Assembly (NCBI GenBank): GCA_964016885.1
Contig: OZ024752.1
Location: forward strand, 5,704,001 to 5,768,000
DNA: 64,000 nt
Source of the DNA: Eledone cirrhosa
Lineage: Eukaryota
Direction: 5' to 3'
Shown here: positions 53,601 through 64,000 of the stretch, in pieces
How positions within the stretch are numbered: the first letter of the stretch is position 1
Layout: each line of letters begins with the position of its first letter
The notes under the pieces: generated by a model
Seen by the model: the letters and a program-made list of their open reading frames with translations, nothing else
The model's database searches: none
What the model was told of the DNA's origin: nothing
Program-made: the position numbers and the translations under genes

Positions 53601-56600
53601 AAGGGAATCAATGCAAGTAGTGTGACATATTGACTGACAGAGAGTCAAGGGAATCAATGCAAGTAGTGTGACATATTGACTGACAGAGAGTCAAGGGAAT
53701 CAATGCAAGTAGTGTGACATATTGACTGACAGAGAGTCAAGGGAATCAATGCAAGTAGTGTGACATATTGACTGACAGAGAGTCAAGGGAATCAATGCAA
53801 GTAGTGTGACATATTGACTGACAGAGAGTCAAGGGAATCAATGCAAGTAGTGTGACATATTGACTGACAGAGTGTCAAGAGAATCAATGCAAGTAGTGTG
53901 ACATATTGACTGACAGAGAGTCAAGGGAATCAATGCAAGTAGTGTGACATATTGACTGACAGAGAGTCAAGGGAATCAATGCAAGTAGTGTGACATATTG
54001 ACTGACAGAGAGTCAAGGGAATCAATGCAAGTAGTGTGACATATTGACTGACAGAGAGTCAAGGGAATCAATGCAAGTAGTGTGACATATTGACTGACAG
54101 AGAGTCAAGGGAATCAATGCAAGTAGTGTGACATATTGACTGACAGAGAGTCAAGGGAATCAATGCAAGTAGTGTGACATATTGACTGACAGAGAGTCAA
54201 GGGAATCAATGCAAGTAGTGTGACATATTGACTGACAGAGAGTCAAGGGAATCAATGCAAGTAGTGTGACATATTGACTGACAGAGAGTCAAGGGAATCA
54301 ATGCAAGTAGTGTGACATATTGACTGACAGAGAGTCAAGGGAATCAATGCAAGTAGTGTGACATATTGACTGACAGAGTGTCAAGAGAATCAATGCAAGT
54401 AGTGTGACATATTGACTGACAGAGAGTCAAGGGAATCAATGCAAGTAGTGTGACATATTGACTGACAGAGAGTCAAGGGAATCAATGCAAGTAGTGTGAC
54501 ATATTGACTGACAGAGAGTCAAGGGAATCAATGCAAGTAGTGTGACATATTGACTGACAGAGAGTCAAGGGAATCAATGCAAGTAGTGTGACATATTGAC
54601 TGACAGAGAGTCAAGGGAATCAATGCAAGTAGTGTGACATATTGACTGACAGAGTGTCAAGAGAATCAATGCAAGTAGTGTGACATATTGACTGACAGAG
54701 AGTCAAGGGAATCAATGCAAGTAGTGTGACATATTGACTGACAGAGTGTCAAGGGAATCAATGCAAGTAGTGTGACATATTGACTGACAGAGAGTCAAGG
54801 GAATCAATGCAAGTAGTGTGACATATTGACTGACAGAGAGTCAAGGGAATCAATGCAAGTAGTGTGACATATTGACTGACAGAGAGTCAAGGGAATCAAT
54901 GCAAGTAGTGTGACATATTGACTGACAGAGTGTCAAGAGAATCAATGCAAGTAGTGTGACATATTGACTGACAGAGTGTCAAGAGAATCAATGCAAGTAG
55001 TGTGACATATTGACTGACAGAGAGTCAAGGGAATCAATGCAAGTAGTGTGACATATTGACTGACAGAGAGTCAAGGGAATCAATGCAAGTAGTGTGACAT
55101 ATTGACTGACAGAGAGTCAAGGGAATCAATGCAAGTAGTGTGACATATTGACTGACAGAGAGTCAAGGGAATCAATGCAAGTAGTGTGACATATTGACTG
55201 ACAGAGAGTCAAGGGAATCAATGCAAGTAGTGTGACATATTGACTGACAGAGTGTCAAGAGAATCAATGCAAGTAGTGTGACATATTGACTGACAGAGAG
55301 TCAAGGGAATCAATGCAAGTAGTGTGACATATTGACTGACAGAGAGTCAAGGGAATCAATGCAAGTAGTGTGACATATTGACTGACAGAGAGTCAAGGGA
55401 ATCAATGCAAGTAGTGTGACATATTGACTGACAGAGAGTCAAGGGAATCAATGCAAGTAGTGTGACATATTGACTGACAGAGAGTCAAGGGAATCAATGC
55501 AAGTAGTGTGACATATTGACTGACAGAGAGTCAAGGGAATCAATGCAAGTAGTGTGACATATTGACTGACAGAGTGTCAAGAGAATCAATGCAAGTAGTG
55601 TGACATATTGACTGACAGAGAGTCAAGGGAATCAATGCAAGTAGTGTGACATATTGACTGACAGAGAGTCAAGGGAATCAATGCAAGTAGTGTGACATAT
55701 TGACTGACAGAGAGTCAAGGGAATCAATGCAAGTAGTGTGACATATTGACTGACAGAGAGTCAAGGGAATCAATGCAAGTAGTGTGACATATTGACTGAC
55801 AGAGAGTCAAGGGAATCAATGCAAGTAGTGTGACATATTGACTGACAGAGTGTCAAGAGAATCAATGCAAGTAGTGTGACATATTGACTGACAGAGAGTC
55901 AGGGGAATCAATGCAAGTAGTGTGACATATTGACTGACAGAGTGTCAAGAGAATCAATGCAAGTAGTGTGACATATTGACTGACAAAGAGTCAAGGGAAT
56001 CAATGCAAGTAGTGTGACATATTGACTGACAGAGAGTCAAGGGAATCAATGCAAGTAGTGTGACATATTGACTGACAGAGAGTCAAGGGAATCAATGCAA
56101 GTAGTGTGACATATTGATTGACAGAGTGTCAAGGGAATCAATGCAAGTAGTGTGACATATTGACTGACAGAGAGTCAAGGGAATCAATGCAAGTAGTGTG
56201 ACATATTGACTGACAGAGAGTCAAGGGAATCAATGCAAGTAGTGTGACATATTGACTGACAGAGAGTCAAGGGAATCAATGCAAGTAGTGTGACATATTG
56301 ACTGACAGAGTGTCAAGGGAATCAATGCAAGTAGTGTGACATATTGACTGACAGAGAGTCAAGGGAATCAATGCAAGTAGTGTGACATATTGACTGACAG
56401 AGAGTCAAGGGAATCAATGCAAGTAGTGTGACATATTGACTGACAGAGAGTCAAGGGAATCAATGCAAGTAGTGTGACATATTGACTGACAGAGAGTCAA
56501 GGGAATCAATGCAAGTAGTGTGACATATTGACTGACATAGAGTCAAGGGAATCAATGCAAGTAGTGTGACATATTGACTGACAGAGTGTCAAGGGAATCA

Positions 56601-59600
56601 ATGCAAGTAGTGTGACATATTGACTGACAGAGTGTCAAGGGAATCAATGCAAGTAGTGTGACATATTGACTGACATAGAGTCAAGGGAATCAATGCAAGT
56701 AGTGTGACATATTGACTGACATAGAGTCAAGGGAATCAATGCAAGTAGTGTGACATATTGACTGACAGAGAGTCAAGGGAATCAATGCAAGCAATGTGAC
56801 ATATTGACTGACAGAGAGTCAAGGGAATCAATGCAAGTAGTGTGACATATTGACTGACAGAGAGTCAAGGGAATCAATGCAAGTAGTGTGACATATTGAC
56901 TGACAGAGAGTCAAGGGAATCAATGCAAGTAGTGTGACATATTGACTGACAGAGTGTCAAGGGAATCAATGCAAGTAGTGTGACATATTGACTGACAGAG
57001 AGTCAAGGGAATCAATGCAAGTAGTGTGACATATTGACTGACAGAGAGTCAAGGGAATCAATGCAAGTAGTGTGACATATTGACTGACAGAGTGTCAAGG
57101 GAATCAATGCAAGTAGTGTGACATATTGACTGACAGAAAGTCAAGGGAATCAATGCAAGTAGTGTGACATATTGACTGACAAAGTGTCAAGGGAATCAAT
57201 GCAAGTAGTGTGACATATTGACGGACAAAGTGTCAAGGGAATCAATGCAAGTAGTGTGACATATTGACTGACATAGAGTCAAGGGAATCAATGCAAGTAG
57301 TGTGACATATTAACGGACATAGAGTCAAGGGAATCAATGCAAGTAGTGTGACACATTGACTGACAGAGAGTCAAGGGAATCAATGCAAGTAGTATGACAT
57401 ATTGACTGACAGAGAGTCAAGGGAATCAATGCAAGTAGTGTGACATATTGACGGACAAAGAGTCAAGGGAATCAATGCAAGTAGTGTGACATATTGACTG
57501 ACAGAGAGTCAAGGGAATCAATGCAAGTAGTGTGACATATTGACGGACAAAGTGTCAAGGGAATCAATGCAAGTAGTGTGACATATTGACTGACAGAGAG
57601 TCAAGGGAATCAATGCAAGTAGTGTGACATATTAACAGACATAGAGTCAAGGGAATCAATGCAAGTAGTGTGACATATTGATTGACAGAGTGTCAAGGGA
57701 ATCAATGCAAGTAGTGTGACATATTGACTGACAGAGAGTCAAGGGAATCAATGCAAGTAGTGTGACATATTGACGGACAAAGAGTCAAGGGAATCAATGC
57801 AAGTAGTGTGACATATTGATTGACAGAGAGTCAAGGGAATCAATGCAAGTAGTGTGACATATTGACTGACAGAGAGTCAAGGGAATCAATGCAAGTAGTG
57901 TGACATATTGACTGACAGAGTGTCAAGGGAATCAATGCAAGTAGTGTGACATATTGACTGACAGAGAGTCAAGGGAATCAATGCAAGTAGTGTGACATAT
58001 TGACTGACAGAGAGTCAAGGGAATCAATGCAAGTAGTGTGACATATTGACTGACAGAGTGTCAAGGGAATCAATGCAAGTAGTGTGACATATTGACTGAC
58101 AGAGAGTCAAGGGAATCAATGCAAGTAGTGTGACATATTGACTGACAGAGTGTCAAGGGAATCAATGCAAGTAGTGTGACATATTGACTGACAGAGTGTC
58201 AAGGGAATCAATGCAAGTAGTGTGACATATTGACTGACAGAGAGTCAAGGGAATCAATGCAAGTAGTGTGACATATTGACTGACATAGAGTCAAGGGAAT
58301 CAATGCAAGTAGTGTGACATATTAACGGACATAGAGTCAAGGGAATCAATGCAAGTAGTGTGACATATTGATTGACAGAGTGTCAAGGGAATCAATGCAA
58401 GTAGTGTGACATATTGACTGACAGAGAGTCAAGGGAATCAATGCAAGTAGTGTGACATATTGACGGACAAAGAGTCAAGGGAATCAATGCAAGTAGTGTG
58501 ACATATTGACTGACAGAGAGTCAAGGGAATCAATGCAAGAAGTGTGACATATTGACTGACAGAGAGTCAAGGGAATCAATGCAAGTAGTGTGACATATTG
58601 ACTGACAGAGAGTCAAGGGAATCAATGCAAGTAGTGTGACATATTGACTGACAGAGTGTCAAGAGAATCAATGCAAGTAGTGCGACATATTGACTGACAG
58701 AGTATCAAGAGAATCAATGCAAGTAGTGTGACATATTGACTGACAGAGTGTCAAGAGAATCAATGCAAGTAGTGTGACATATTGATTGACAGAGAGTCAA
58801 GGGAATCAATGCAAGTAGTGTGACATATTGACTGACAGAGTGTCAAGGGAATCAATGCAAGTAGTGCGACATATTGACTGACAGAGAGTCAAGGGAATCA
58901 ATGCAAGTAGTGTGACATATTGACTGACAGAGAGTCAAGGGAATCAATGCAAGTAGTGCGACATATTGACTGACAGAGAGTCAAGGGAATCAATGCAAGT
59001 AGTGTGACATATTGACTGACAGAGAGTCAAGGGAATCAATGCAAGTAGTGTGACATATTGACTGACAGAGTGTCAAGGGAATCAATGCAAGTAGTGCGAC
59101 ATATTGACTGACAGAGAGTCAAGGGAATCAATGCAAGTAGTGTGACATATTGACTGACAGAGAGTCAAGGGAATCAATGCAAGTAGTGTGACATATTGAC
59201 TGACAAAGTGTCAAGGGAATCAATGCAAGTAGTGTGACATATTAACGGACATAGAGTCAAGGGAATCAATGCAAGTAGTGTGACATATTGATTGACAGAG
59301 TGTCAAGGGAATCAATGCAAGTAGTGTGACATATTGACTGACAGAGAGTCAAGGGAATCAATGCAAGTAGTGTGACATATTGACGGACAAAGAGTCAAGG
59401 GAATCAATGCAAGTAGTGTGACATATTGACTGACAGAGAGTCAAGGGAATCAATGCAAGTAGTGTGACATATTGACTGACAGAGTGTCAAGGGAATCAAT
59501 GCAAGTAGTGTGACATATTGACTGACAGAGAGTCAAGGGAATCAATGCAAGTAGTGCGACATATTGACTGACAGAGTGTCAAGGGAATCAATGCAAGTAG

Positions 59601-62600
59601 TGCGACATATTGACTGACAGAGAGTCAAGGGAATCAATGCAAGTAGTGTGACATATTGACTGACAGAGAGTCAAGGGAATCAATGCAAGTAGTGTGACAT
59701 ATTGACTGACAGAGAGTCAAGGGAATCAATGCAAGTAGTGTGACATATTGACTGACAGAGAGTCAAGGGAATCAATGCAAGTAGTGTGACATATTGACTG
59801 ACAGAGAGTCAAGGGAATCAATGCAAGTAGTGTGACATATTGATTGACAGAGAGTCAAGGGAATCAATGCAAGTAGTGTGACATATTGACTGACAGAGTG
59901 TCAAGGGAATCAATGCAAGTAGTGTGACATATTGACTGACAGAGAGTCAAGGGAATCAATGCAAGTAGTGTGACATATTGACTGACAGAGAGTCAAGGGA
60001 ATCAATGCAAGTAGTGTGACATATTGACTGACAGAGAGTCAAGGGAATCAATGCAAGTAGTGTGACATATTGACTGACAGAGAGTCAAGGGAATCAATGC
60101 AAGTAGTGTGACATATTGACTGACAGAGAGTCAAGGGAATCAATGCAAGTAGTGTGACATATTGACTGACAGAGTGTCAAGGGAATCAATGCAAGTAGTG
60201 TGACATATTGACTGACAGAGAGTCAAGGGAATCAATGCAAGTAGTGTGACATATTGACTGACAGAGAGTCAAGGGAATCAATGCAAGTAGTGTGACATAT
60301 TGATTGACAGAGAGTCAAGGGAATCAATGCAAGTAGTGTGACATATTGACTGACAGAGTGTCAAGGGAATCAATGCAAGTAGTGTGACATATTGACTGAC
60401 AGAGAGTCAAGGGAATCAATGCAAGTAGTGTGACATATTGACTGACAGAGTGTCAAGGGAATCAATGCAAGTAGTGTGACATATTGACTGACAGAGTGTC
60501 AAGGGAATCAATGCAAGTAGTGTGACATATTGACTGACAGAGAGTCAAGGGAATCAATGCAAGTAGTGTGACATATTGATTGACATAGAGTCAAGGGAAT
60601 CAATGCAAGTAGTGTGACATATTGATTGACAGAGTGTCAAGGGAATCAATGCAAGTAGTGTGACATATTGACTGACAGAGTGTCAAGAGAATCAATGCAA
60701 GTAGTGTGACATATTGACTGACAGAGAGTCAAGGGAATCAATGCAAGTAGTGTGACATATTGATTGACAGAGTGTCAAGGGAATCAATGCAAGTAGTGTG
60801 ACATATTGACTGACAGAGTGTCAAGGGAATCAATGCAAGTAGTGTGACATATTGACTGACAGAGTGTCAAGGGAATCAATGCAAGTAGTGTGACATATTG
60901 ACTGACAGAGAGTCAAGGGAATCAATGCAAGTAGTGTGACATATTGATTGACAGAGTGTCAAGGGAATCAATGCAAGTAGTGTGACATATTGACTGACAG
61001 AGTGTCAAGAGAATCAATGCAAGTAGTGTGACATATTGACTGACAGAGAGTCAAGGGAATCAATGCAAGTAGTGTGACATATTGACTGACAGAGAGTCAA
61101 GGGAATCAATGCAAGTAGTGTGACATATTGACTGACAGAGAGTCAAGGGAATCAATGCAAGTAGTGCGACATATTGACTGACAGAGAGTCAAGGGAATCA
61201 ATGCAAGTAGTGTGACATATTGACTGACAGAGAGTCAAGGGAATCAATGCAAGTAGTGTGACATATTGATTGACAGAGTGTCAAGGGAATCAATGCAAGT
61301 AGTGTGACATATTGACTGACAGAGTGTCAAGGGAATCAATGCAAGTAGTGTGACATATTGACTGACAGAGTGTCAAGGGAATCAATGCAAGTAGTGCGAC
61401 ATATTGACTGACAGAGAGTCAAGGGAATCAATGCAAGTAGTGTGACATATTGACTGACAGAGAGTCAAGGGAATCAATGCAAGTAGTGTGACATATTGAC
61501 TGACAAAGAGTCAAGGGAATCAATGCAAGTAGTGTGACATATTGACTGACAGAGAGTCAAGGGAATCAATGCAAGTAGTGTGACATATTGACTGACAGAG
61601 AGTCAAGGGAATCAATGCAAGTAGTGTGACATATTGACTGACAGAGAGTCAAGGGAATCAATGCAAGTAGTGTGACATATTGACTGACAAAGAGTCAAGG
61701 GAATCAATGCAAGTAGTGTGACATATTGACTGACATAGAGTCAAGGGAATCAATGCAAGTAGTGTGACATATTGACTGACAGAGAGTCAAGGGAATCAAT
61801 GCAAGTAGTGTGACATATTGACTGACAAAGAGTCAAGGGAATCAATGCAAGTAGTGTGACATATTGACTGACAGAGAGTCAAGGGAATCAATGCAAGTAG
61901 TGTGACATATTGACTGACATAGAGTCAAGGGAATCAATGCAAGTAGTGTGACATATTGACTGACAGAGAGTCAAGGGAATCAATGCAAGTAGTGTGACAT
62001 ATTGACTGACATAGAGTCAAGGGAATCAATGCAAGTAGTGTGACATATTGACTGACAGAGAGTCAAGGGAATCAATGCAAGTAGTGTGACATATTGACTG
62101 ACAGAGAGTCAAGGGAATCAATGCAAGTAGTGTGACATATTGACTGACAGAGAGTCAAGGGAATCAATGCAAGTAGTGTGACATATTGACTGACAGAGAG
62201 TCAAGGGAATGAATGAAAGTAGTGTGACATATTGACTGACAGAGAGTCAAGGGAATGAATGAAAGTAGTGTGACATATTGACTGACAGAGTGTCAAGGGA
62301 ATCAATGCAAGTAGTGTGACATATTGACTGACAAAGAGTCAAGGGAATCAATGCAAGTAGTGTGACATATTGACTGACAGAGAGTCAAGGGAATCAATGC
62401 AAGTAGTGTGACATATTGACTGACAGAGAGTCAAGGGAATGAATGAAAGTAGTGTGACATATTGACTGACAGAGAGTCAAGGGAATCAATGCAAGTAGTG
62501 TGACATATTGACTGACAGAGAGTCAAGGGAATCAATGCAAGTAGTGTGACATATTGACTGACAGAGAGTCAAGGGAATCAATGCAAGTAGTGTGACATAT

Positions 62601-63881
62601 TGACTGACAGAGAGTCAAGGGAATCAATGCAATTAGTGTGACATATTGACTGACAGAGAGTCAAGGGAATGAATGAAAGTAGTGTGACATATTGACTGAC
62701 AGAGAGTCAAGGGAATCAATGCAAGTAGTGTGACATATTGACTGACAGAGAGTCAAGGGAATGAATGAAAGTAGTGTGACATATTGACTGACAGAGTGTC
62801 AAGGGAATCAATGCAAGTAGTGTGACATATTGACTGACAGAGAGTCAAGGGAATCAATGCAAGTAGTGTGACATATTGACTGACAGAGAGTCAAGGGAAT
62901 GAATGAAAGTAGTGTGACATATTGACTGACAGAGAGTCAAGGGAATCAATGCAAGTAGTGTGACATATTGATTGACAGAGTGTCAAGGGAATGAATGAAA
63001 GTAGTGTGACATATTGACTGACAGAGAGTCAAGGGAATCAATGAAAGTAGTGTGACATATTGACTGACAGAGAGTCAAGGGAATCAATGCAAGTAGTGTG
63101 ACATATTGACTGACAGAGAGTCAAGGGAATGAATGAAAGTAGTGTGACATATTGACTGACAGAGAGTCAAGGGAATCAATGCAAGTAGTGTGACATATTG
63201 ACTGACAGAGAGTCAAGGGAATCAATGAAAGTAGTGTGACATATTGACTGACAGAGAGTCAAGGGAATCAATGCAAGCAGTGTGACATATTGACTGACAG
63301 AGAGTCAAGGGAATCAATGAAAGTAGTGTGACATATTGACTGACAGAGAGTCAAGGGAATCAATGAAAGTAGTGTGACATATTGACTGACAGAGAGTCAA
63401 GGGAATCAATGCAAGTAGTGTGACATATTGACTGACAGAGAGTCAAGGGAATGAATGAAAGTAGTGTGACATATTGACTGACAGAGTGTCAAGGGAATCA
63501 ATGCAAGTAGTGTGTCATATTGACTGACAGAGAGTCAAGGGAATGAATGCAAGTAGTGTGACATATTGACTGACAGAGAGTCAAGGGAATCAATGCAAGT
63601 AGTGTGACATATTGACTGACAGAGAGTCAAGGGAATCAATGCAAGTAGTGTGACATATTGACTGACAGAGAGTCAAGGGAATGAATGCAAGTAGTGTGAC
63701 ATATTGACTGACAGAGAGTCAAGGGAATCAATGCAAGTAGTGTGACATATTGACTGACAGAGAGTCAAGGGAATGAATGCAAGTAGTGTGACATATTGAC
63801 TGACAGAGAGTCAAGGGAATGAATGCAAGTAGTGTGACATATTGACTGACAGAGAGTCAAGGGAATGAATGCAAGTAGTGC
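50695..63881. repeat. Satellite array, 46-bp unit (gcaagtagtgtgacatattgactgacagagWgtcaagggaatcaat), ~13.2 kb, ~287 copies
   Basis: Period 46. The unit start recurs exactly every 1380 nt (50761, 52141, 53521 ... 63181), so there are no net indels. Unique sequence resumes at ~63882. Confidence 0.99.
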
Positions 63882-64000
63882 GATCTACTGATTGATTGAA
63901 ATATTTTAACTTGAAACCTGAAACACAGAAACCAAGAATACACACCTCTAATTTCTCAAATTCTAAATTATCAAAATGTATTCGCTGATTATCCAGAACT

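Noticed and set aside
50695-63881. CRISPR-like array (also considered for the 33-, 40- and 41-bp arrays)
   Set aside because: Units are head-to-tail with no unique spacers, there are no cas genes, and the context is a eukaryotic intron.

Overview
This is AT-rich, microsatellite-dense eukaryotic (animal) DNA. The SINE/LINE families and repeat style point to an octopod cephalopod; that assignment is inference. The whole window appears to lie inside one large minus-strand gene. Five well-supported coding exons (48262-48354, 43798-43908, 24695-24814, 15868-16051, 14722-14911) splice in frame into the coiled-coil and linker region of a PHLDB/LL5-family protein (pleckstrin homology-like domain family B). 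Candidate cassette exons lie at 41672-41719, 21010-21149 and 18792-18830. No start codon, PH domain or stop codon was found. The introns hold 5'-truncated RTE-type LINEs with an embedded C4HC3 (PHD-like) motif, an L1/Tx1 remnant, a Penelope-like remnant, tRNA-derived SINEs, TTAA-flanked and Tc1-like MITEs, foldback hairpins, a 4-kb interrupted (TA)n tract and many minisatellites, including a 13.2-kb array of a 46-bp unit. Almost all ORFs in the supplied track are repeat artefacts. I see no CRISPR array, rRNA or functional tRNA gene. The best leads are an inverted LINE-SINE composite pair bracketing phase-0 exons (circRNA geometry), the PHD-bearing RTEs, the satellite built on a Pbx/Meis-type decamer, and two different minisatellites that share one core. 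All of these are hypotheses; none is shown to be a new system from sequence alone.
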